Shown here piece after piece: positions 28,423-39,613 of a DNA stretch of 64,000 bases. The notes below the pieces were generated by a model. The model worked only from the letters and a program-made list of their open reading frames with translations. It was not told where the DNA came from and made no database searches. Source of the DNA: Clostridiales bacterium (lineage in GTDB: Bacteria; Bacillota; Clostridia; Lachnospirales; Lachnospiraceae); the NCBI GenBank assembly GCA_018366495.1, contig JAGZHZ010000003.1:32611-96610 (forward strand). The letters are read 5' to 3'. How positions within the stretch are numbered: the first letter of the stretch is position 1; the number at the start of each line of letters is the position of its first letter. Position numbers and translations under genes: made by a program.

Positions 28423-29782
28423 TTTTTCTCTCTTCTTTCATAAATTCTGCAATTTCATCTGTCACTTGAGGCGATACATGCTGGATATTCTGGTAGTCTT
28501 TTGATCCATTCTCTTTCTTTCCTTCCATAAACAGATGTGTTAAACCAGGAAAAGATACAAACTTTGCATTGCTTTTTTCAGAAAAAATTTCTTTCCATGA
28601 TTCAAACTCTCTCATGGTCACTTGATAATCTTCCTCCCCTTGCAGGATCAGACACGGTTCTTCTATCTTTTTTGCCTCCTCCTCTATATTATACTGCTCC
28701 AGATTCTTCCAATATGGCACATATGCTCCCATAATCAGCTCATTATCTTTATATTTTTCAAGATGATCCAGTTTTTTCAATTCTGCATCAATCATCTTCT
28801 TTTGCTCTTTGACTGCATCAGAAGGACTTGCTTCCAGCCCAAACAAAAAATTATACTGTTCTTTCATAAGATCCGCCAGTCCCTGCACCGGAGCCGCGAG
28901 CAAAATATATCCTGCCGCTTCCCCCTCTTTCAGCTCTTTGTCAATCATAGGGACTACGTATCCTCCAAGGCTGTGACCTGCCACAAAAATCTCTTCCGGA
29001 TTAATTTCCTGTGTCTCCTTCAGCATCCTCACTGCATTCACTGCATCGTCGACGGTCTCTTCTTTTACTGTCAGCCCTATGTCCATTGCCGCTTCTTTTT
29101 GATATACATACGTCCGTTTATCATACCGGTAAGAAGCAATTCCCTTTTCTGCCAGCCCCTCAGCCAGATCTTTAAATGGTTTATTTCCATTTATTGTTTC
29201 ATCCCGATCCGACGGCCCTGATCCGTGTACAAAGACTACAACTGGAAATGGCCCTTCTCCATCTGGAAGAATCAATGTCCCCGGAAGTTCTTTTCCTTCC
29301 CCGATAGAGATGCTGATTTCTTTTTCTGTATATTCTTTTCTCTCTTCCGTATCCGGTTCCTGATACACAGCCGTCAAAATGCCTGCAATTTTTCCATCCT
29401 GAAAAGAAATCTGCAAATTTAAATTCTGCACTTCAAACTGACATGGCACACAGACCGTTTTGTACCCATACTGTTCAATGACAAATGGGGTTTTTACTTC
29501 TTTCAGTCCTTTCAGCATTCCCATCAGGCTTTCATAGCTCTTCTGGAGACTGCCGTCCTTAACCATGACCTCCATTTCCTCTGTATAAGAGAACTTTGTC
29601 ATCAGATCATCATACGCTTTTTCTCCCAGCAGCGTCACATATTCCAATGCCGTCTCTTCTTCTGTGTGCTGCATCATTTTACTTGTCTCTTCTTTTGTAT
29701 TTTCCCCGGCATATCCCACCGATGTTATACCAAAAGCCGCAATGATTGCTGCGCTGATCCATACCATGCCTTTTCTTCTCAT
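28415..29782 (-). CDS. Secreted alpha/beta-fold hydrolase (S9/dienelactone hydrolase-like)
   Basis: Signal peptide MRRKGMVWISAAIIAAFGITSVGYA and nucleophile elbow GHSLGG. ATG at 29780..29782 with AGGAGGGG RBS (the ORF-track TTG at 29800 is upstream). Confidence 0.65.
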   Translation of the reverse strand: MRRKGMVWISAAIIAAFGITSVGYAGENTKEETSKMMQHTEEETALEYVTLLGEKAYDDLMTKFSYTEEMEVMVKDGSLQKSYESLMGMLKGLKEVKTPFVIEQYGYKTVCVPCQFEVQNLNLQISFQDGKIAGILTAVYQEPDTEERKEYTEKEISISIGEGKELPGTLILPDGEGPFPVVVFVHGSGPSDRDETINGNKPFKDLAEGLAEKGIASYRYDKRTYVYQKEAAMDIGLTVKEETVDDAVNAVRMLKETQEINPEEIFVAGHSLGGYVVPMIDKELKEGEAAGYILLAAPVQGLADLMKEQYNFLFGLEASPSDAVKEQKKMIDAELKKLDHLEKYKDNELIMGAYVPYWKNLEQYNIEEEAKKIEEPCLILQGEEDYQVTMREFESWKEIFSEKSNAKFVSFPGLTHLFMEGKKENGSKDYQNIQHVSPQVTDEIAEFMKEERKND

Positions 29783-29859
29783 ATTTTCCCCTCCTGCCAA
29801 ACATTTTTTCTATCTTGTTTTATTTTTTATATCCTGTTTCCAAGTTTTATCTATTTTCC

Positions 29860-30582
29860 TCATCCCTGAAACGGCTTTGTAAAATATCCTGACTGGGAAA
29901 CAGGTTCTTTTCCTTCGTACAAATGTCTTGTATCTCCCAAGACCTGACATCGGAAATACGCTTCCCCTTTCTTCATCTCCTCTGATCCGAGAACAGTGAC
30001 AGACGTCGGCGCCACAAAAAATCCATGCCACAGTACAGCGGGAGAAATTCCCATAAGATGTCCCATGATGGCAAGCATCACTCCGAGATGGCAGAAAAAG
30101 ACAATATTCTTTTCCTGATCATCTTCCTCTGGATTTCTTCGCAAATAATATCCTCCATGTCTCTCATACCCATATTTCAGTAAAAGCTGATCGATTCCAC
30201 TGCAAATCTTATCATACGCTTCTTTTACAGGCGCTGTCTTCATAAGCGGCGCTTCCGTCCATCTGTCCTTGTCATAATACGCTTCTTCTTTTGTCCAATA
30301 AGAAGGCTTCATATCCCACGGCACTTTCATTCTCCCCAGATCTTCCCGAAAAACCTTGACAGGAAATTCCTGCAGCCAGTCAAAAACTTCCGCTTTTCTT
30401 CCTGATTTTTCTAAAAAACAAGATGCCGTTGCCTTTGCTCTTCCAAGCGGAGAGCAATAAATATCTGATATATCCCATAACGCCGCACGTTCTGCTAACA
30501 GTGCCGCTTCTTTCCATCCTTTTTCTGTCAGAGAATCTTTCTCATAGTCTGGATCTCCGTGACGGATAAAAATCAATCTCAT
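29860..30582 (-). CDS. Histidine phosphatase family protein (phosphoglycerate mutase-like)
   Basis: N-terminal LIFIRHGDP catalytic RHG motif. 240 aa. Confidence 0.7.
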   Translation of the reverse strand: MRLIFIRHGDPDYEKDSLTEKGWKEAALLAERAALWDISDIYCSPLGRAKATASCFLEKSGRKAEVFDWLQEFPVKVFREDLGRMKVPWDMKPSYWTKEEAYYDKDRWTEAPLMKTAPVKEAYDKICSGIDQLLLKYGYERHGGYYLRRNPEEDDQEKNIVFFCHLGVMLAIMGHLMGISPAVLWHGFFVAPTSVTVLGSEEMKKGEAYFRCQVLGDTRHLYEGKEPVSQSGYFTKPFQG

Positions 30583-30596
30583 TTTTCTCTCCCCTT

Positions 30597-31526
30597 TTAC
30601 TGTATCTGCTCAAATTTTACTTTTTGATATAGCTTCATAACCATCATCTGATCTGCCGGTCTTGTTCCCTGTGTTGTCACTGCCGCCGCAGAAACAGCCA
30701 TTGCAAGGCGGATTCCAGCCTCAAAGCTGATTCCTTCTTCCCAGCTGCTGACTAATGCTCCTACCATTCCGTCACCGGCGCCCACAGTTGAAACGATTGG
30801 TACTTTTAATCCCGGACATCTCACACAAAAATTCTGGCTGAGAAAAACAGCGCCTTCAGCTCCCAATGAGATAGCTACAAATCCCACTCCTTCATCCAGC
30901 AGCTGCAATCCCAAAATCGCTGCTTCTTTTGCATCCGATATCTTTTTGCCACACAGAGTCTCAAGTTCTTTTTGATTTACTTTCAGAAAGTCTGGTTTTG
31001 CTTTCAGTCCCCTTTTCAGGAGCATTCTGTCGGCATCCAAAAATACCTTCGCCCCTTTTTGATGAACCATCTTGATTGCCAGTTCGTAAAATTCATCTGA
31101 CACGCCGTCTGGTACGCTTCCAGAAAAAACAAACATCGTATCTTCTGCGGCATACTGATACAGCTTTTGAAGCAAATCATTCAGTTCTTCCTCAGAGATA
31201 TGCGGTCCTAATTCGTTCAGTTCTGTTACACTTCCGTCTGTCTCTGCCACTTTTGTATTGATGCGATTGTTTCCTTCAATCCTCACAAAATCCGTATGTA
31301 TTCCTTGTTCCTGCAGAACGCGTTCAATCATTCTGCCGCTTTTTCCTCCGATCAGACCAGTAGCAATGCTTTTCAGACCTAACGTGTGGATGGTCTTAGA
31401 GACATTAATCCCTTTTCCTCCTACATCTGTCTTTTTGCTCAAAATTCGATTTAATCCGCCTTTTTCTAAATGATCCAGCCAAACAGTGCGGTCCACCGCC
31501 GGATTCATTGTCACTGTAACGATCAT
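30597..31526 (-). CDS. PfkB-family sugar kinase, 1-phosphofructokinase/tagatose-6-phosphate kinase-like
   Basis: MIVTVTMNPAVDRT N-terminus and GAGDGMVGAL ATP-binding motif. The start could be 31535 instead. Confidence 0.7.
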   Translation of the reverse strand: MIVTVTMNPAVDRTVWLDHLEKGGLNRILSKKTDVGGKGINVSKTIHTLGLKSIATGLIGGKSGRMIERVLQEQGIHTDFVRIEGNNRINTKVAETDGSVTELNELGPHISEEELNDLLQKLYQYAAEDTMFVFSGSVPDGVSDEFYELAIKMVHQKGAKVFLDADRMLLKRGLKAKPDFLKVNQKELETLCGKKISDAKEAAILGLQLLDEGVGFVAISLGAEGAVFLSQNFCVRCPGLKVPIVSTVGAGDGMVGALVSSWEEGISFEAGIRLAMAVSAAAVTTQGTRPADQMMVMKLYQKVKFEQIQ

Positions 31527-31597
31527 ACGCTCCACCTACTCCTATCCAGATCTTTTCTCTTAAGTATTTTTTATAGTCTATCACACGACTCTCATTT

Positions 31598-31626
31598 TCT
31601 CAATACTTTGGGGGAAAATGAAATCA
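31598..31626. terminator. GC-rich hairpin plus T6 run in fruK/azlD intergenic region
   Basis: GAGGGTGC-TGCAGGAA-GCACCCCC followed by TTTTTT on the plus strand. It is oriented against the flanking minus-strand genes, so its function is uncertain. Confidence 0.3.
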
Positions 31627-31654
31627 GAGGGTGCTGCAGGAAGCACCCCCTTTT

Positions 31655-31966
31655 TTATAGTCCAATCAGCTGCGCCGCAAACACTGCCGCACTTGCTCCG
31701 ATGGCTACTGTCAGCAGACCTTTTCCAAAATATGCCAGCGCCACTGCCGCAGCACATCCAATAGCTGCGCTCGCTGTACTCCCTGTACTTTCAAAGATTG
31801 CCGGAAATGTCATCGCTGAAAGTACAGCATACGGCACATAATTTAAAAAAGATTTTATAAATGGATTCTCAATTTTTTTTCTGAAGATGACCATCGGCAG
31901 CACTCGGATCAGATATGTTGTCCCTGCCATAATTGCTATGCTGCATAAAATTTTTCCTGTATTCAT
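31655..31966 (-). CDS. azlD: Branched-chain amino acid exporter small subunit AzlD
   Basis: 104-aa 3-TM protein MNTGKILCSIAIMAGTTYLIRVLP. ATG at 31964..31966 overlaps the azlC stop by 4 nt. Confidence 0.7.
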   Translation of the reverse strand: MNTGKILCSIAIMAGTTYLIRVLPMVIFRKKIENPFIKSFLNYVPYAVLSAMTFPAIFESTGSTASAAIGCAAAVALAYFGKGLLTVAIGASAAVFAAQLIGL

Positions 31967-32676
31967 GATTCTTCTCCCTCTTCTTCCTTCACTGGAAATA
32001 GCAGCGCTACTGCAATGCTGACTATGACAGTGATGACGATAATGCTCCATCCCCCTTTTAGGAAGGAAAAAACTGAAAAGCATGAAATCAGACCGCTCAT
32101 CGCAGCTGCAAGCACAACCGTAAATAATACTGCTTTACTCTTTCTGGAAGGAGGAACAATAATTGCAATAAACATTCCATATAGCGCAATTCCAAGTGCA
32201 TTTGTCAGGTTTTGCGGCATCAAAGATGTGATTGCCCCTCCACACAGCGTTCCAAGCGTCCATCCCAACACCGGCGTACAGATCAATCCTGCCATATAGG
32301 CTGCACTCAGTGCTTTTGGATACTGCATTCCCACAGCAAAAATTTCATCTGTAATTCCAAAGGAAACTGCGCATCGCTGCCTCATTGTCATTTTCTCTTC
32401 TACTTTCTGAGAAATAGAAAGCGACATTAAAAAATACCGGATGTTAATAATCAATGTAGTCATCACCAGCTCCACTGCACTGCCTCCGTCAATCATCAGA
32501 TTTAATCCGGCAAACTGCCCTGCACTCGTCACATTTGTCAAGGAAATCAAAACGGCCGCCCAAAGCGGAAGCCCTTGAATCACCGCCGTCATTCCAAATG
32601 CAAACGAAACGGAAAAATATCCAAGGCAAATCGGGATTCCATGGCGAATCCCCTGCATAAACTCTCCCTTTTTCAT
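31963..32676 (-). CDS. azlC: Branched-chain amino acid exporter AzlC family
   Basis: AzlC-family polytopic protein. ATG at 32674..32676 with GGAGAG RBS. Confidence 0.7.
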   Translation of the reverse strand: MKKGEFMQGIRHGIPICLGYFSVSFAFGMTAVIQGLPLWAAVLISLTNVTSAGQFAGLNLMIDGGSAVELVMTTLIINIRYFLMSLSISQKVEEKMTMRQRCAVSFGITDEIFAVGMQYPKALSAAYMAGLICTPVLGWTLGTLCGGAITSLMPQNLTNALGIALYGMFIAIIVPPSRKSKAVLFTVVLAAAMSGLISCFSVFSFLKGGWSIIVITVIVSIAVALLFPVKEEEGEES

Positions 32677-33006
32677 CTCTCCTGTAACTCTTTTCTGTCT
32701 TATTTTTTCTCTCTCATCTGCTGAATATGGCATAATGAAAGAACAATAATTCAGAAATATCCTGCACTGAACTTCCATATGCCGAACCAGAATATGGTGC
32801 TTATGATATCACAAAGGATATTTTTTTTCAACTCCATATCGTTTTTCTGAAAACCATTTGTCTGCCCTTTCCAATTTAATTTTCCCTGGAAACAGCTGCG
32901 CAGTGCAAATCTACAAATACTTTAAAAAATGGGTGACTTTACAAAGATATTGTGATAAAATAATCAAAGTTTGAAAATTTTACAACAGTGAAAGGGGCAA
33001 CTGATT

Positions 33007-33306
33007 ATGGGTATACTTATGATCATGTGTATCGGGATTCTTGCAGGCCGTTTCCTTGTATCTCCTCGTCTGAAAAAAGGCAACGAATATGTTTCTATCC
33101 TGTGTACTTTTATTTTAATCTTTGCCATGGGCGTCATGCTTGGCAAAAAAGAGAATTTTCTTGAAGAATTATCTTCTTTAGGTCTTTCCAGTTTTTTATT
33201 CTTTCTGATTCCGGCAGGTTGTTCGATCGGAGCTGTCTATTTTCTGACAAAACATTTTATGAAGAATGATGAATCCGAATCCTGCGGAAAGGAGCTGGAA
33301 GAATGA
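33007..33306 (+). CDS. LysO/YbjE-family (DUF340) exporter, N-terminal half-protein
   Basis: 99-aa 3-TM protein. Firmicutes-type split DUF340 pair, with a 4-nt overlap with the second gene. Confidence 0.55.
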   Translation: MGILMIMCIGILAGRFLVSPRLKKGNEYVSILCTFILIFAMGVMLGKKENFLEELSSLGLSSFLFFLIPAGCSIGAVYFLTKHFMKNDESESCGKELEE

Positions 33307-33905
33307 TCGTTATTCTTATGATTGTGTCTCTCGTCTTAGGGCTTGCCTGCGGACTTTCCGATATTGAAAATGTTCTGATCTCCGCCATCAGTCAAAATAC
33401 TGATCTCGTATTATATATTCTCATGTTCTCTGTCGGCATCAGTATCGGAATGCAAAAAGGCATCGTGAAAAAAATTCGAGAATATCATTTTAAAATTTTT
33501 ATCATTCCTCTTGGAATCATTCTGGGATCGCTTTTGGGCGGTCTGATTTGTTCCGCTTTGCTTGGAATACCGACCGGATATGCTACAGCCATCACAAGCG
33601 GAATGGGCTGGTACAGCCTTGCCGGTGCAACCATCAGTAAACTGGCAGATGCAGAGCTTGGAAGCATTGCTTTTATGAGCAATCTGATGAGAGAAATCTT
33701 TTCATTTTTCGTTATTCCCTTCCTGGCGCTTCATCTGAATCAATATACTTGTATCGCCATCGCTGGTGCGACAAGTGAAGATACAACGCTCCCTGTCATT
33801 TTAAAATATACAAATGAGGAAACCGTCGTGCTGTCCGTTTTTAATGGCATGATCTGTTCCTTTTTTGTTCCAATTCTTATTTCTTTCTGTCTCAATATGG
33901 TATAG
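33303..33905 (+). CDS. LysO/YbjE-family (DUF340) exporter, C-terminal half-protein
   Basis: 200 aa, 6 TM, DUF340-like. Confidence 0.55.
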   Translation: MIVILMIVSLVLGLACGLSDIENVLISAISQNTDLVLYILMFSVGISIGMQKGIVKKIREYHFKIFIIPLGIILGSLLGGLICSALLGIPTGYATAITSGMGWYSLAGATISKLADAELGSIAFMSNLMREIFSFFVIPFLALHLNQYTCIAIAGATSEDTTLPVILKYTNEETVVLSVFNGMICSFFVPILISFCLNMV

Positions 33906-33947
33906 GGAACAAAAACAAATGGTAAAAGAAATTCAGAATTTAAATCA

Positions 33948-33971
33948 CCGCAGGAAATAAATTTCCTGCGG
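33948..33971 (+). terminator. Intrinsic terminator after lysO-like pair
   Basis: CCGCAGGAAAT-AA-ATTTCCTGCGG hairpin followed by CTTTTTCTT. Confidence 0.6.
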
Positions 33972-33990
33972 CTTTTTCTTACGCTCTTTT

Positions 33991-34020
33991 GTGAACTACC
34001 CATCACCTAAAGATAGTGGG
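33991..34020. repeat. Copy B of ~30-nt structured repeat
   Basis: GTGAACTACCCATCACCTAAAGATAGTGGG. 27/30 identical to copy A. Lies between the lysO terminator and the metA stop. Confidence 0.5.
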
Positions 34021-34061
34021 TTTTCTGGCTAAAAATTTATAAGGATGGAGATCCTTTATGA

Positions 34062-34982
34062 TTAAAATGATTTTTTATTCAAAGAATACGGTGTGATCTG
34101 ATAAACGTAATAATTGAGCCAGTTTGTATACAGGTTATTTGCATGTGCTCTCCACATCAGCATCGGACGGGCGTCTGAATTATTTTCTGGATAGTAATTT
34201 TTCGGCTGCTCAATCGGCAGTCCTTTTCCCATATCTCTTTTATACTCGCCGTCCAATGTTACCCTGTCATACTCCGGATGACCCATCACAAAAATCTGGC
34301 GTCCGTCCTTCGTCATGGCAAGAAATACACCCGCCTCTTCTGATTCTGCCAGAATAATCAAATCTTCACACGCTGCTATTTCCTCTCTCGGTGATTCTGT
34401 ATGCCGGGAATGTGGCGCTAAAAACATATCATCAAACCCACGAACTAATGGATACTTTCTGTTTTCCACCTTATGCCAAAACAGACCAAACATTTTTTTC
34501 TCAAGCGGTCTTTTCTGAATTCCAAAATGATAGTAAAGACCTGCCTGTGCCGCCCAGCAAAGATACATCGTGGAAGTTACATTTTTTTTGCTCCAATCCA
34601 TGATCTGCGTCAGCTCTTCCCAGTAGTCCACCTCTTCAAACGGCATCTGCTCTACCGGAGCGCCGGTGATAATGAGTCCGTCAAACTCCTGATCCTTGAT
34701 ATCATTAAACGTGACATAAAATTTATTTAAATGGCTCGTTGACGTGTTCTTTGATTCATGAGAACAGACATGAAGAAAAGTGACATCGACCTGAAGCGGT
34801 GTATTGGACAGAGAACGCAGAAGCTGAAGCTCGGTTTCTTCTTTTAAGGGCATCAGGTTCAAAATTACAATCTGAATGGGACGGATATCCTGATGGCTCG
34901 CTCTTGTCTCATCCATCACAAAAATATTTTCATCTTCCAGAATCTGCCTTGCTGGAAGATCTGCCTGTATTTTAATTGGCAT
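34062..34982 (-). CDS. metA: Homoserine O-acyltransferase (MetA family)
   Basis: [12 protein letters not shown]-terminus and MetA-family similarity. ATG at 34980..34982 with AAGAGG RBS (the ORF-track start at 35234 has no RBS). Confidence 0.8.
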   Translation of the reverse strand: MPIKIQADLPARQILEDENIFVMDETRASHQDIRPIQIVILNLMPLKEETELQLLRSLSNTPLQVDVTFLHVCSHESKNTSTSHLNKFYVTFNDIKDQEFDGLIITGAPVEQMPFEEVDYWEELTQIMDWSKKNVTSTMYLCWAAQAGLYYHFGIQKRPLEKKMFGLFWHKVENRKYPLVRGFDDMFLAPHSRHTESPREEIAACEDLIILAESEEAGVFLAMTKDGRQIFVMGHPEYDRVTLDGEYKRDMGKGLPIEQPKNYYPENNSDARPMLMWRAHANNLYTNWLNYYVYQITPYSLNKKSF

Positions 34983-35034
34983 ATGAAAAACCTCTTTTCT
35001 CTTATTTTCTATCATACATAGATACTGTTTGTCT

Positions 35035-35043
35035 ATTATATCA
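35035..35043 (-). promoter_or_regulatory. Extended -10 element (TGaTATAAT) of putative metA promoter
   Basis: Located about 50 nt upstream of the metA ATG. An 11-bp inverted repeat with 27-bp spacer (35045..35093) lies immediately upstream, over the -35 region. Confidence 0.4.
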
Positions 35044-35140
35044 CAGGCGGACATCCCGTGAAAAGAATAAATTCTTAACACAGATGTCCGCCTGAAAAAG
35101 ACAATTTTTCTGAATTTATCAATACTTTCTATTCCAGCAA

Positions 35141-36742
35141 TCACATCAGCGGAGCGAACAGGCGCAGCACTCTTCCTGTAATAATATTCATGATTCCCTG
35201 TTTTCTGACATCCCCCGGCATTACTTTCTGACATTTCTTTAACGTCTCCTGGAAATCTTTCTCGATATTCGGAATCTCTTTGTTTCTATACATCATCGCT
35301 GCACATTCAAAATGCAGATAAAAGCTGCGATAATCCAGATTGATTGTTCCCACAACAGCTTTGCAGTCATCTGATACAAATACCTTTGCGTGTACAAATC
35401 CAGGCGTATATTCATAGATCTGAACTCCCGCCTCCAGTAATTCCTCATAATACGTCTTTGCAAGAATAAACGCATACTTTTTATCTGGTATATGCGGCAT
35501 GATAATGATGACTTCTACTCCACGCTTTGCCGCATAGGTAAGTGCATGAAGCATCTCATAATCCAGAATCAGATATGGCGTCATGATATGTACATATTTC
35601 TTTGCATTAAAAAGAATGTCTATGTACACTTGCTCTCCTAAAATCTCATCGTCAAGCGGCATATCGCTGTACGGAATGACATATCCATCTCCCTGTTCCG
35701 GTGTGCGCCGTACGGGAACATCGACATACTTTGCAAAGTTTTCTGTGACAATACGTTTGTCTGTGTTCCACATCTTTAAGAACATCATTGTAAAACTGCG
35801 CACCGCTTCACCTTCCAGCATAATTGCCGTATCCTTCCAATGTCCGAATCGTTCTTTCTGGTTAATATATTCATCCGCCAGATTAATTCCTCCTGTAAAT
35901 GCCACCTGTCCATCAATCACTAAGATTTTTCTGTGATCTCTGTTATTCTGTATTGTAGACAGAACGGGCCGAACTGGCGAAAACATTTTACACTGAATTC
36001 CCTTTGCCTGAATTTCTTCCGGATAATGATAAGGCAAAAGCGCCAGACAACACATTCCGTCATACATAAATCGGACTTCTACTCCCTCTTTTACCTTCTC
36101 TTCCAGAATTGCCAGAATACTCTCCCACATATATCCTTTTGCCACGATAAAATATTCCATGAAAATAAAGGACTTCGCTTTTCTCAGCTGAATCTTCATC
36201 TCTTCAAATTTTTCTTCACCGGAAGCAAAATATTTCACCGATGTGTTTTGATATGTCGGAAATCCCATTTTTCCAAGATAATGGGATAAATTTGCCTGTT
36301 CCAGACTTTCTTCTTCCAGCCTGACCATAACGGCAGGCTTTTGCTGGCTCAGACTGCGATTTTCCCAGTCCATCTTTTCCTGTCTTCTGCGCAGAATTTT
36401 CGGTTCCTGCTGAATGGCACAAAAAAGATACAAAAGTGTTCCAAAAATTGGAATTGACAGCATAGGAACGATCCAGGCAAGCATAAATGCTGGATTTTCT
36501 CTTTTATTAATAATAAAAATAACAAGGCATACCGTCAGAAGTGTGACTCCTCCGTAGACATAAATTAATTTTTCCTCCAGCAGCTGAACTCCGGCAAATA
36601 GAATTCCAATCTGAATCAGCAAGAGAAGAACTACTACCGCCGTTCTTCCGAAAACCACGCTGAACAGACCCTTTTTTCCTTTTTCTACTGTCTTTTTTGT
36701 AAGTTCTGTTGTTTTCTTTGAAAACTCAAAATTATTACTCAT
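35141..36742 (-). CDS. cls: Cardiolipin synthase
   Basis: Two N-terminal TM helices and two HKD motifs ([10 protein letters not shown]..., HAKVFVSDD...). Confidence 0.85.
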   Translation of the reverse strand: MSNNFEFSKKTTELTKKTVEKGKKGLFSVVFGRTAVVVLLLLIQIGILFAGVQLLEEKLIYVYGGVTLLTVCLVIFIINKRENPAFMLAWIVPMLSIPIFGTLLYLFCAIQQEPKILRRRQEKMDWENRSLSQQKPAVMVRLEEESLEQANLSHYLGKMGFPTYQNTSVKYFASGEEKFEEMKIQLRKAKSFIFMEYFIVAKGYMWESILAILEEKVKEGVEVRFMYDGMCCLALLPYHYPEEIQAKGIQCKMFSPVRPVLSTIQNNRDHRKILVIDGQVAFTGGINLADEYINQKERFGHWKDTAIMLEGEAVRSFTMMFLKMWNTDKRIVTENFAKYVDVPVRRTPEQGDGYVIPYSDMPLDDEILGEQVYIDILFNAKKYVHIMTPYLILDYEMLHALTYAAKRGVEVIIIMPHIPDKKYAFILAKTYYEELLEAGVQIYEYTPGFVHAKVFVSDDCKAVVGTINLDYRSFYLHFECAAMMYRNKEIPNIEKDFQETLKKCQKVMPGDVRKQGIMNIITGRVLRLFAPLM

Positions 36743-36751
36743 ATTCTCATC

Positions 36752-39533
<2,782 letters not shown>

Positions 39534-39613
39534 CTTCTTTTTTCCTCATTTTATCTGCCATATCCATACAAGAATTGAAAGCGGACCCCCAAAGACAAGG
39601 TCCGCTTTTCTTT

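Noticed and set aside
32780-33006. Lysine riboswitch upstream of lysO-like pair
   Set aside because: None of the conserved L-box sequence blocks can be found by eye.
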